Notes: generated from the letters alone by a model not told the origin. Counted from the stretch's first letter, positions 10,362-19,351 are shown. The stretch is 64,000 nucleotides of DNA from an uncultured virus (IMG/VR IMGVR_UViG_3300047548_000808) (IMGVR_UViG_3300047548_000808); one strand, 5' to 3'. A program made the numbers and translations.

Positions 10362-10700
10362 TTACATATCACCAGCCAGAACTTGCACGTTCTTCTTCAA
10401 TTCCAGAACTTCAGCCAGGGTAGTAACTTTCTTTTTCTTCGGGGTAGGCTTGCGTGCCGGCTTCGGTAGTTGCAGCGACATGATTGTCGAAACTACTGTT
10501 TCATAATCTATCATGGCACGCGAGTAACTGAGCATGTTGTACCAATGCTCCAAAATATCGTTGGCATCGAACTTACTCTTGGCGTCGGAACTCAGATACT
10601 GCGTTTCCAGTTCCACAGCACGCTGGAAGAACCGTGCGGTTTTCAGTTTGTCGAACTCGATGCCAGCGACGACGAAGGTGATTTTCTTTTCGATTTTCAT
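10362..10700 (-). CDS. Hypothetical early protein
   Basis: 112 aa; CTGAAAG leader. Confidence 0.7.
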   Translation of the reverse strand: MKIEKKITFVVAGIEFDKLKTARFFQRAVELETQYLSSDAKSKFDANDILEHWYNMLSYSRAMIDYETVVSTIMSLQLPKPARKPTPKKKKVTTLAEVLELKKNVQVLAGDM

Positions 10701-10749
10701 GGTCTTACTTTCAGTTTGGTTTCAGGGAGAAAGCCCCGAAGGGCTGGGT

Positions 10750-10893
10750 TTACTTCAGGAACGAACCGGCTTTCTTGATCTGGCGGTCGATCCAGAGGTC
10801 TTGGATTTTGCCGATCACCAGACCCAGGACAAGGAATCCTAGAGCGATGACGGCACAGGCTGCGAGGGTATTCAGCATTTGATCGTGGGCCAT
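10750..10893 (-). CDS. Small single-pass membrane protein (47 aa, MAHDQMLNTLAACAVIALGFLVLGLVIG...)
   Basis: Not in the ORF track; CTGAAAGTAAATCATG leader; promoter at 10938-10966. Confidence 0.7.
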   Translation of the reverse strand: MAHDQMLNTLAACAVIALGFLVLGLVIGKIQDLWIDRQIKKAGSFLK

Positions 10894-10954
10894 GATTTAC
10901 TTTCAGTTTAGGGGAGAGACATTCTCCCCTTGGTTCCATTGTACCTGAAAGAAT

Positions 10955-11341
10955 TCAGGATGTCAAGCAGTCATAACCATAGGCACGAATTCCCTTCTCT
11001 TTCTTGAAATACTTTTTGTCCAGGTAGCGATGATGGCCATCAAGAACAAAGATCGTTTTGCCGTAGCGTTCAATCCGGATCGGGGAGGTATCAACGTCAC
11101 CACGCACAATCTTGGAACGATTGAACGTGCTTTGCGTCAGAACCCAATGGTAGTCATCGAAGTTCAGAGTCTGCTCATTAATGTACTGGTGACATTTTGT
11201 CTCACGGAAACAGGAGTAAGTGCAGAATTTGAACGGTTCCCCGAAAGTATTCTCAAGGATGCGATCCGGCCACGGCATCATTGCATTGGGCGCACCATGT
11301 TCGAGGGGGAAGTATTTTGGGATTTTGGAAAAGACGGACAT
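10955..11341 (-). CDS. ParB/Srx-like N-terminal domain protein
   Basis: PIRI...FVLDGHHRY motif. Confidence 0.55.
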   Translation of the reverse strand: MSVFSKIPKYFPLEHGAPNAMMPWPDRILENTFGEPFKFCTYSCFRETKCHQYINEQTLNFDDYHWVLTQSTFNRSKIVRGDVDTSPIRIERYGKTIFVLDGHHRYLDKKYFKKEKGIRAYGYDCLTS

Positions 11342-11449
11342 TTGTATTCCTTCGGGTAGATGGTCACGATGCGAGGGGTTTGTTTATTCCGCTTCGCATC
11401 GTGATGCATCAGAAAGTCCAGCGCGTAATGCTTGTTTTGTTGGTTCATT

Positions 11450-11785
11450 TTAATAGGTCAGGTGTCGCAAACTGGAAAGCTTGAAATACCCGTGGTGATA
11501 GTGTTGAATCAGTTCGGGGAGAACTTCCAAAAGATCAGCACGAGTAAGGCCAGTCAACTGACCGATGCGATCAATCGAAATCAATTCCTGACCTTTGTGG
11601 TATTCATCAGTCAGGATGGCAGTAATACGGATGCCAAGTTCCTGCTTGAACGTCAACAGGACGCTCAGGGCTTGCGTGTATTCCTGCTTTGCTTTTTCCT
11701 TTTTCAGTCCGGCACGAATGCAGAGGTCAAGGTACTGATTGGCGCGGTAGGCTTCGAGCTTGTATTGCTGCAGGACAGTAGGCAT
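11450..11785 (-). CDS. Hypothetical early protein
   Basis: 111 aa; AAAGGA RBS. Confidence 0.7.
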   Translation of the reverse strand: MPTVLQQYKLEAYRANQYLDLCIRAGLKKEKAKQEYTQALSVLLTFKQELGIRITAILTDEYHKGQELISIDRIGQLTGLTRADLLEVLPELIQHYHHGYFKLSSLRHLTY

Positions 11786-11864
11786 GGTGAGTTTTCCTTT
11801 TCAGGGGTTGAGGGAAATTCCGACTAAGCCCCCTTTTATTTTCAGGGGCTTAAGCTGAATCTCG

Positions 11865-12164
11865 TTACAGCGCGTTGACGTGCCAGAGGTCTTCGTCTTC
11901 TTGACCCGCTATCTGATACAGCGCACCAGCAGTGGGATGTTCAACGCGGACCAGATTGATACCGCGACGGTTTTCATAGTTTCTAGAATACCAAACGAAT
12001 TTGGATTCTAGAGTTTTGCGTGCTACTACAACACGGCGCATGCCGGTGTCGAAACAGGTGAGCCACTCTTGGGAAGCAGCCACTTCGATTTTGATTTTGG
12101 GGAAGCCGGCTGCTTCATAGATGCGGCCATTGTCGATGATGAAAGGGGCGAGGGTCTTGGGCAT
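11865..12164 (-). CDS. Hypothetical early protein (MPKTLAPF...)
   Basis: Start moved to the ATG after AACCTGAAGGAAACTAAA; promoter at 12211-12239. Confidence 0.7.
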   Translation of the reverse strand: MPKTLAPFIIDNGRIYEAAGFPKIKIEVAASQEWLTCFDTGMRRVVVARKTLESKFVWYSRNYENRRGINLVRVEHPTAGALYQIAGQEDEDLWHVNAL

Positions 12165-12603
12165 TTTAGTTTCCTTCAGGTTGTTGGGAAGAAGCGATTT
12201 GCTTTTTAGCATTATGCACTGACTTGCGCCAATAGTCAAGATCCAGACGTGCCATGTAAATTTCGTGCTCTGTTGCAGTAGGGCTCGAAAGCAAAGCTGC
12301 CAGAATGTCAGAAGCTTGAGCGTGGCGCTGACGAAAATATTCAATGTCGATTGTCATTTTCAATCCGTCCAACGACGGCCTCTAATTGCGGTGTTGCGGC
12401 GATCAAAGATTTTTCGTATCGCCAGGGAGTCTCTTTCTCCAATCGACCATCGAACCAGACCGAGGAAGAGGACTGCGTAGATCAGGTAGAGCATTAGATT
12501 TCTCCTTCTAGATGGTTCTAATTATACAGAAGTTTTTAGGTGAAGTCAAGGAACTAAATCACGGTTTCTGGAGGGAGAAACAACCCTCACCAGAATGCAA
12601 TGG

Positions 12604-12780
12604 GAAGCGTTTTTACAGGGCAAAACGAGGGGTTAAAACGGGTTCAGGTATAGGTATAGCTGAAACGTGGAAAGTATCAAAAACAACGTGAAAAACGAAT
12701 GTTTTCAAAAACTAAAGAATACCCGATTTCAGTTACACCGGAGACGTGAAAAAGCCCCTTGACCTCTGAAGTCAAGGGGC
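12604..12780. repeat. Long non-coding direct repeat, copy 2
   Basis: Matches 10157-10334 apart from a diverged middle section. Confidence 0.9.
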
Positions 12781-12788
12781 TGGTTATA

Positions 12789-13112
12789 TCACTTCGGTTC
12801 CCATGCTTCCTTTTTGAAGTTGTACTTCACAGGAACAATGAAATGGGGAATGTGGTGTCCCTTCAGCCGGTCCAGGTATTCCAGGAAAGCCGGCGACTGG
12901 CGCTCGATCAGGGTAGAGAACCATTCACCAGTTTGTTCATCCTGTTCGTAAACCTTTATAGCATTCTTGGCAGTGAGGGGAACCGAATCATTGATTCGTG
13001 TTTTCTGGGCAGCCTTCAGGCCCGCGCCAACAAACATAGAAAAGCCAGCAAAGATAACGAAGGCGATGCAGGCACCGATCAGCACGTACTTGGAAAAAGA
13101 GAGAAGATCCAT
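12789..13112 (-). CDS. Membrane-anchored hypothetical protein (MDLLSFSKY...)
   Basis: N-terminal hydrophobic helix; AAGGAAACTAAA leader. Confidence 0.7.
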   Translation of the reverse strand: MDLLSFSKYVLIGACIAFVIFAGFSMFVGAGLKAAQKTRINDSVPLTAKNAIKVYEQDEQTGEWFSTLIERQSPAFLEYLDRLKGHHIPHFIVPVKYNFKKEAWEPK

Positions 13113-13165
13113 TTTAGTTTCCTTGGTATGAATTTGGGAACGGGGCTTTGCGCCCCTGTTGTAGA

Positions 13166-13486
13166 TCAGTCGTTGATCAGAACTTGCCAAACTTTCTTGG
13201 ACTTGTCGGCGATCACATCGCCCGCAGCTTTCGCGTTCGGCAGGATCTTTTCTTCGCTGAATTTCTTCGCAGCAGCGAGAGCCGGCGGACCTTCTTTCTT
13301 CACGTAGTCCTGCATTCTCTTGGTCCCTGCGTCAGCAGCAGGGATGATTTTTTCTTCGGTGAAGATCGCGGCATCTTTCAGGGTACCGGCTTCAGCCGGC
13401 GCGATCCAGCCACCGATACCCCAGAGGATGAAGACGAACAGAATCAGCAGGATGTGCTTCGCGGGGATCTTGTCTTCGTTGCGCAT
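13166..13486 (-). CDS. Exported or membrane protein with internal repeat (EEKIIPAA/EEKILPNA)
   Basis: Hydrophobic N-terminus ending in AEA; own promoter. Confidence 0.7.
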   Translation of the reverse strand: MRNEDKIPAKHILLILFVFILWGIGGWIAPAEAGTLKDAAIFTEEKIIPAADAGTKRMQDYVKKEGPPALAAAKKFSEEKILPNAKAAGDVIADKSKKVWQVLIND

Positions 13487-13564
13487 GATTTACTTTCAGG
13501 TAGGTTGCGGGGAGGAAGTTCCCCGTGCCTCTAGTTTAACACGGGGATCAGGAAAAGTCAAGAA

Positions 13565-14059
13565 TTAAAAACCAGCAGCCACAGCACGATTCTTGGAAAT
13601 TGATTCAACGAGTTCTTCTTCGGTATTTCCACGATATGCCAAGAATTCACCAATGCGGGGATGCGGGATCAGATCAGGGCGACGCGAAAGGGGACGAACA
13701 GAATTCGGCAGATAGCAGCAAATGGCAATCGTGTTGTCTACAACGCAGATCGCATGCGCGCCCACATCACGAACATAGCAATACACGATTTTGATTCTGG
13801 AAGCATCAACGCCCAATTGAATCAGTTCATGACGATAGCACAGAGCGAATTCTTCGCAGTCTGCCCAGCCACGGGCATACGCTTGAGCAACAGTTTCAAC
13901 CTTTTGAACAACGCCATGCACTTGCATATCAGATGCATAACGCAGTTTCGTGTTAACGATTTGCTGCGCGCGTTCGCACAGATTCATGATGTCTTCGGCC
14001 TTCACTTGCGTGGAAGCGGCGACAGCGAACAGACCAGCGAGGAAGGAACGACGGTTCAT
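13565..14059 (-). CDS. Transglutaminase-like cysteine peptidase (BTLCP/LapG-like) with a twin-arginine-like signal peptide
   Basis: MNRRSFL signal; VN...Y.SD; ADCEEFA (catalytic Cys); AHAICVV (His). Confidence 0.8.
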   Translation of the reverse strand: MNRRSFLAGLFAVAASTQVKAEDIMNLCERAQQIVNTKLRYASDMQVHGVVQKVETVAQAYARGWADCEEFALCYRHELIQLGVDASRIKIVYCYVRDVGAHAICVVDNTIAICCYLPNSVRPLSRRPDLIPHPRIGEFLAYRGNTEEELVESISKNRAVAAGF

Positions 14060-14138
14060 GATTTTCTTTCAGTTAGGGTTAGATGGTTCTAGTCTACAGA
14101 AGAAATTGAAACGAGTCAAGGGGCCGAAGCCCTTTAGT

Positions 14139-14417
14139 TCACAGGAAGTTCAATTCCTTCATAATATTTTTAAGCGCAGTGTCAATGTGGGGATCGGCCG
14201 CGTATTTGTAAATGTTCGCACAAATCCAGGCCGAAGTGACTGACAACCACAGCAGATCCCACCGCAAACGCCTTTCCACGTTTTCAGAATCGAAAGCTAC
14301 GCTATTCCGTGTCCATTCCGATTTGATGAAGGTGCGATGATCGTTCACCAGCGAAACCGTGAACTTCTCTTTGATTGCGCTCTTGATGAATTCGTAGTGC
14401 TCAGGGGTGATTTTCAT
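14139..14417 (-). CDS. Hypothetical early protein
   Basis: 92 aa; CTGAAAG leader. Confidence 0.7.
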   Translation of the reverse strand: MKITPEHYEFIKSAIKEKFTVSLVNDHRTFIKSEWTRNSVAFDSENVERRLRWDLLWLSVTSAWICANIYKYAADPHIDTALKNIMKELNFL

Positions 14418-14426
14418 TTGGTGCTT

Positions 14427-14702
14427 TCAGAGAATGAACAGTTCGTCTTCAGAAACAAGCTTCACAGGGTAATCGTGAAAGTGTTCGGCATTCTTGAAAT
14501 TCGGAGGAACCGCATGGAACACGCCGCCGATGTACTTGCACACCGTTTTGTTTTCCGGCCATGTGCGGATCTCCGCATAAGGGGTTCCCGTGCAGATACC
14601 ACAGGCCGTCGAGGGGGAGTAAGTCTTGTGGCCAGTTGCCACCAAAGGTGCATCCTTGTAATAACGCACGAAGACACGGAAGGTATTCTTGGTTGCTTTC
14701 AT
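14427..14702 (-). CDS. Hypothetical early protein
   Basis: 91 aa; CTGAAAGTAAATCATG leader; promoter at 14739-14768. Confidence 0.7.
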   Translation of the reverse strand: MKATKNTFRVFVRYYKDAPLVATGHKTYSPSTACGICTGTPYAEIRTWPENKTVCKYIGGVFHAVPPNFKNAEHFHDYPVKLVSEDELFIL

Positions 14703-14841
14703 GATTTACTTTCAGGGTGAGGGAGTTAGTACGCCTTCAGTATACATTAACACGTTTCAAAAAGTCAAGCGTATCGTCTTTCCTAAAACGCATCAGGACA
14801 AAAACTCAAGAATACCCAAAGTCAGTTACAATGGGGACGCA

Positions 14842-14879
14842 AAAAAGGCCCGTAGGATTTGAGTCCTACGGGCCTTTTT
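14842..14879 (-). terminator. Rho-independent terminator
   Basis: aaaaggcccgtagga-loop-tcctacgggcctttt. Confidence 0.85.
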
Positions 14880-14881
14880 AC

Positions 14882-15478
14882 TTACTCGGAGAAATCGAAA
14901 CCGCCGTCGTCGCCTTCAGTCGTGAATTCTCCCATCAGTTGCTCGTCGTCGGTCATCTCGGGCTCTTCGACGCTGTTTTCCTCTTCGATTTCTTCCTTGA
15001 ACTTCTTGCGCAGTTCGAGGAACTTTGCATTCAGCGAGGCGTAATCGTCGGTTCCCTTTTCGATCCCGTTTTCCTTCAGGTGGGCACGGAATTCAGCGAG
15101 AGTGTAGGAATCATTTTCCACATCTTCGCGGGTAATCATCCGGATCGCCTTCTTCTTCGGCGCCACCTTGACAGTGGGCTTCGCTGCAGGAGCTTTCGAG
15201 CCACCGCGCAGATTGAAAACCTTGCGCATCGCTTCCTGCTTTTCGGTGCCCGTATCGATCAGAAACCTAATCTTTTCGATTTCTGCAGCCGTGAACTTGA
15301 CGGGCTTCTTTTCTTCAGCCTTCGCAGCAGCCGGGGGGCGACCGCGACGCTTCGGGGTTTCTGCAGTTTCCTGTTCGCCATTCATCATCTGCACCGCGGC
15401 AGACAGTTGCTGCGAGACTTGGGCCAGGGCAGCGCAGGCTTGAGCGATGATGGTAGCGGGGTTTTGGGTCTTAGCCAT
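14882..15478 (-). CDS. Lys/Ala/Pro-rich protein with an AT-hook-like motif and acidic tail; putative nucleoid-binding early protein
   Basis: KRRGRPP motif; ends EGDDGGFDFSE; start moved to MAKTQNP. Confidence 0.65.
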   Translation of the reverse strand: MAKTQNPATIIAQACAALAQVSQQLSAAVQMMNGEQETAETPKRRGRPPAAAKAEEKKPVKFTAAEIEKIRFLIDTGTEKQEAMRKVFNLRGGSKAPAAKPTVKVAPKKKAIRMITREDVENDSYTLAEFRAHLKENGIEKGTDDYASLNAKFLELRKKFKEEIEEENSVEEPEMTDDEQLMGEFTTEGDDGGFDFSE

Positions 15479-15581
15479 GATGTGAGTCTCTTTCAGGTTA
15501 GGGGTTGCACCATTGCTTCCCCTTGGTTCTGTGGACTGTGTCCACGTCTTCATTGTACAGGAAACGATTCAGGTTGTCAAG

Positions 15582-15866
15582 TCAAGCAAAGAAGGATTCC
15601 AGTCGAGAAAGGAAAATTCTAATCTTCGCTTCTGACTTCTCGTTGTAGCTTCGACTTCTCCCTTCACCTTCTATCTTGGCTTCCAGGTAGCCGTATATTT
15701 TCCACAGCGATCTCTGAAAGTGTTGATAGGTGTGTTCGCTTGGATGATTGGCACAGGTCAACGCTGACGCTACCAAAGATCTATAAAGTCCTGTTCTGGT
15801 GAATTCAATAGGAAGCACAGTTTCGTGCAGGCATTGAATCGTTTCGCCAATGGTGCGTGTTTTCAT
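15582..15866 (-). CDS. Hypothetical protein
   Basis: GGAG RBS before MKTRTIG. Confidence 0.6.
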   Translation of the reverse strand: MKTRTIGETIQCLHETVLPIEFTRTGLYRSLVASALTCANHPSEHTYQHFQRSLWKIYGYLEAKIEGEGRSRSYNEKSEAKIRIFLSRLESFFA

Positions 15867-15917
15867 TTTCAGTTTCTCCAAAGAGGAAGGGGCCTAGCAG
15901 GCCCCCTTCGGGTTGAT

Positions 15918-16685
15918 TTACTTTTTGTTTCGTTGGCTCAGACCGACCAGCAAGCACAGACCGAGCAACATCATCGCATAAGTCGAGGGCTCAGGAACAA
16001 CGGGAATAGTAGTAATCGGATCCTGGGGCTTGACAAAAACAAACGTGGGGGTTACTGGCATCGGAGGCACAGGCATGAATTCACGCGCACGATCCGGAAT
16101 TAATCCATTTTGCTGAGGCTTCTCCGATGGCCAGTCAACGGTAGGAACCGTAGAAGGTTGCGGAGTATAGCCGCCACCATCGGGAACGAAAGTTTCTTCT
16201 TGGGGAGCTTCCGGAGCTTCAGGGCTAGGCGTGACTACAGTGGTGATACGTTGGTTCCCACCACCAATCAGGTTCAGCCTGAAAACATTCCCGCACACCG
16301 AAGGGATAGCAACAGAGTAACCGTTGTAGGTGTAAACGAGTGCAGCTTCAGTGTGCGTAGAACTCCACTTGGAAATATTGAATTCTCCAATGCACATCTT
16401 ATTTTCACCCCAGTGCATGTCACGTCCACGATCATATTCATATTTTCCGACCATGCCGATGCGGCTGATGGTGATGTGGTCGTCGTACTTGTGCGCGTTG
16501 ATTTTCTTTTTCAGTTCTTCGCGGATAGGTGCAGGAATATCTTTGTAGTTGTTGAGTGCTTCTGCTTGGTTGCCCGTGTAGCGATTGGATCCAGGGTTAT
16601 TCCAATCGCAACGGGTGCTAGCTTTTGCATCGTTTGCACAGGTGTACGCGGCGAGGATAGTGATGAAGATCAGGGTTTCTTTCAT
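15918..16685 (-). CDS. PEP-CTERM sorting-domain protein, MHFG-like family
   Basis: Signal peptide; CDWNNPG...DMHWG domain; Pro-rich linker; C-terminal VPEPSTYAMMLLGLCLLVGLSQRNKK. Confidence 0.9.
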   Translation of the reverse strand: MKETLIFITILAAYTCANDAKASTRCDWNNPGSNRYTGNQAEALNNYKDIPAPIREELKKKINAHKYDDHITISRIGMVGKYEYDRGRDMHWGENKMCIGEFNISKWSSTHTEAALVYTYNGYSVAIPSVCGNVFRLNLIGGGNQRITTVVTPSPEAPEAPQEETFVPDGGGYTPQPSTVPTVDWPSEKPQQNGLIPDRAREFMPVPPMPVTPTFVFVKPQDPITTIPVVPEPSTYAMMLLGLCLLVGLSQRNKK

Positions 16686-16720
16686 TTCAGTCTTTCGAGG
16701 GTTGAGGTTTAGGTGAATGA

Positions 16721-16749
16721 ATTATAGCATGTTCTTTTTTGTTTGTCAA
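16721..16749 (-). promoter_or_regulatory. Perfect consensus sigma70 promoter TTGACA-17-TATAAT with extended -10 TG
   Basis: Minus strand reads ttgaca aacaaaaaagaacatgc tataat, upstream of the PEP-CTERM gene. Confidence 0.9.
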
Positions 16750-16818
16750 GTTCTCCTTTTGTTTGTCAAGTTCTCCTTTTGTCGAATCAAGTTCTCCTTT
16801 TGTCGAATCAAGTTCTCC
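16745..16818. repeat. Four tandem copies of TCAAGTTCTCC(TTTTGT), 20-21-bp period, overlapping the -35 box
   Basis: Direct reading. Confidence 0.9.
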
Positions 16819-17128
16819 TAGGGGTGGATTACCCTGTTTTTCTTTTTATTCGGGGTAGTGGCGCGTATTTTATTTTAACGGCGCCGAATTCTTTTATAAG
16901 GGGTGGGTTCTTTTTGTTTCCAGGAAAATTCTCACCCAGTCAATAGTTATTCTTAAATAGCCTTATTTTATTCAAAATCTGGGGTCTGTACAAATAGCTG
17001 TTTTACCCCTGTTTTTGGTTTCTTTAGGAAACTATGGAATTAATCTCCTTAGCTTTACGGATGGGTTTAAGTATATTCCTTTCCATGCAATAATTAGTGG
17101 GTTTTTACCTTGGGTATTCCTACTTATC

Positions 17129-17213
17129 CTTCAGGAAACGTATTACTTCAGGAAACGTATTACTTCAGGAAACGTATTACTTCAGGAAACGTATTACTTC
17201 AGGAAACGTATTA
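17129..17213. repeat. Tandem repeat, 17-bp unit TCAGGAAACGTATTACT, about 5 copies
   Basis: Direct reading; lies in an AT-rich non-coding block. Confidence 0.95.
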
Positions 17214-17539
17214 TTGCAGAAGCTAGGTTATCTGAAATAGTATATTGGGATAATATTCATCCAGAAGAACCTGCAGGGGTTTGTCCCTAAAGTCTTCAGG
17301 ATTAGAGCTTAGGCAGGCAAGAAAATAGATTCTTCCTAGGCTGTTGCTTTCAAAGTCTTTTCCTAAAAGGGAGGGCATATTATCTAGTTTAATTACACCT
17401 TTCAGGAAAGAACGTGGTTCTTGATTGGTGTACAACAAAGACTTTATCTTGGTATACTTTATAATTTGGGGTGCCCTTGCTCTTAAGGAAAGTATGGAAA
17501 AGCCGAAAATTAGGGTTTCGTTATTTAAAGGGTAGTTAA

Positions 17540-18535
17540 CTACCTATAGTTTTCCATTAGCTGCCGTACTGCTTCTTGGTTTTCCTGAACGAATTTAGAA
17601 AGTTCTCTGTTACTTCGGATAAACTGAGCTTGGGCGCCGGAGGCTTTGCCGATTTCTTGTCCTTCCTTTGGAGATAGTTTTGATTTTGGATGGTTTCGTA
17701 CTTCTAGCGTAGCAAAGGCTATTCCTGCGTTTTTAATATCAACTTGATCTTCCGTGAGATTATCATTGAAAGGTTCTTTAATATCGTGCAGCTTTTTATA
17801 TTTTGTGGCAGTCATTCCCAGGACACCTTCGTTGATTCCTCGCTGTACGTGCATAGGAAGAAGTTTCTTTAGACCACAGGCTTCCACAAGACGATGATTA
17901 AATTCTATATTATCTGCGCGGGCTTGCGTTCCTTTTGCGCGATTTTCGTTCTTCTCTACCTTCTTGGTTACTTCCTCAGTATATCCATTCAGTACGGAAA
18001 CGAAGGTATTAGTAATTTCTTCGCTTAGGGACTCATTCAGGAAGGAGGCGTATTGAACAATCCAGTTCTGGCAAACGTAGGTTCCCTGAACAGTTTTGTT
18101 AGCACCTCTTGTAGAACCACCTTTTACTATTTTAATTACCATATCTCGATCTGAGATAGTATACAGGTTGACCGATATGCCGGGGCGCATATCGGTAGAA
18201 CTAGATAGGTTGACCGATATGCCGGGGCGCACAGTACTTTCCTGACCAAATCCACAACTAATTCCATGCTTAAGAAGACGCTTGCGTGTAGCAACTGCAG
18301 AACGCTTAATTCCATGTTCGTCTTTTGTACGAATCCACTGTCCCGGTTCCCTAGTTTTAAAATAGGTTTCGGGTTTCTTTCCCTTACGTAGAGCTTCACG
18401 TTTAATTGATTTCTCGCAAGCCTTATACACGTCAGTAATCGAGAAGAGCCACGGGAAATCTGGGTGTCGGCTAATGAGTTTACCGAACACGTAGAGTTCA
18501 CCAGAATCAACAACAATGCTAGGAGTCTTGGACAT
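17540..18535 (-). CDS. KilA-N domain protein with the family-conserved C-terminal domain (family member 1)
   Basis: FSITDVYKAC...QWIRTK...KGG...QGTYVCQNWIVQYASFL; C-terminal GINEGVLGMTATKYKK...EPFNDNL. Confidence 0.8.
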   Translation of the reverse strand: MSKTPSIVVDSGELYVFGKLISRHPDFPWLFSITDVYKACEKSIKREALRKGKKPETYFKTREPGQWIRTKDEHGIKRSAVATRKRLLKHGISCGFGQESTVRPGISVNLSSSTDMRPGISVNLYTISDRDMVIKIVKGGSTRGANKTVQGTYVCQNWIVQYASFLNESLSEEITNTFVSVLNGYTEEVTKKVEKNENRAKGTQARADNIEFNHRLVEACGLKKLLPMHVQRGINEGVLGMTATKYKKLHDIKEPFNDNLTEDQVDIKNAGIAFATLEVRNHPKSKLSPKEGQEIGKASGAQAQFIRSNRELSKFVQENQEAVRQLMENYR

Positions 18536-18574
18536 TTTATTTCCTTTTGGTTGGTAGTTCAGAGGTGCCCTTGT

Positions 18575-19351
18575 TTAAATGGCGTTTAGAAGAACTCTAG
18601 TTTCTTGATCCAGAGGAGGAAGATCGCGTGGAATACTGGCGAGGTCTTGGGTTCGGTAGAATTTGAATCCTTTGTGATGGTTTACTTTTCCTTGAAGTTG
18701 CTGGTAGATTGCCCCAGAATTGAATTTCATGGAAGAGCGCGAATTAATGTCGTTTGGCCCTTGGAACACGACAAGGTTTGTTTCTGAAAGGCCGTAGATA
18801 TAGCCTTTGAAATTAGAGTTTTTTGGGCCAGTTAGCTTAGAAAGAACTTCAGCTATGTGGGGACGTTTTTTAGCAAAGAAAGGATGAAGGGGGGCCGCGT
18901 TTTGCATCTCCGTTCCGTTTGCATGTTTCTGGGGAACGCGTTTTGCATCTCCGTTCCGTTTGCATGTTTCTGGGGAACGCTTTTTGCCTGTGTTGGATTG
19001 AGAGTTTTTAATACGGGCTTCTGCGGAATGAGTTCTACCTTTCAGGGCTTCTGAAAGCTTGTTTCTAGTTTCTTGGGTGGGAGAAAACCCTACGCACCCT
19101 TCTCCACCAAGAGTAAGGTTAGCTAGCTTATGGGTTTTGGAAAGGGAGGCGATTAGTTCTTTTTCTAGCTGGAAAGCTTCATCTTCTGTTGGGAACGTTT
19201 GTATTATTTCGTGGTAGAAGCCATGTTTCTTGACTATATTATTCCAGAACTTAGAACGTCGGTAAGTAATGGTTGCGCGATTTTTGGTTCCCTTTCCAAC
19301 GTAGAAGGGTTCTTTCGTATCGGCTTTGTAGTGGACGTATACGTAGAACAT
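18575..19351 (-). CDS. GIY-YIG-like homing endonuclease with NUMOD3 motifs
   Basis: FYVYVH...FYVGKG...R, E..LI, NLTLGGEG, ETRNKLSEALKGRTHSAEARIK. Confidence 0.85.
   Translation of the reverse strand: MFYVYVHYKADTKEPFYVGKGTKNRATITYRRSKFWNNIVKKHGFYHEIIQTFPTEDEAFQLEKELIASLSKTHKLANLTLGGEGCVGFSPTQETRNKLSEALKGRTHSAEARIKNSQSNTGKKRSPETCKRNGDAKRVPQKHANGTEMQNAAPLHPFFAKKRPHIAEVLSKLTGPKNSNFKGYIYGLSETNLVVFQGPNDINSRSSMKFNSGAIYQQLQGKVNHHKGFKFYRTQDLASIPRDLPPLDQETRVLLNAI

Noticed and set aside
14717..15622. Long plus-strand ORFs in the minus-strand early region (e.g. 301 aa here, 16110-16712, 21878-22492)
   Set aside because: Antisense shadows of codon-biased genes; no RBS or promoter support
17015..17438. 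Short ORFs in the right-hand repeat block (and 9023-9226, 16743-16946)
   Set aside because: Derived from tandem repeats or low-complexity DNA, with no RBS; treated as non-coding
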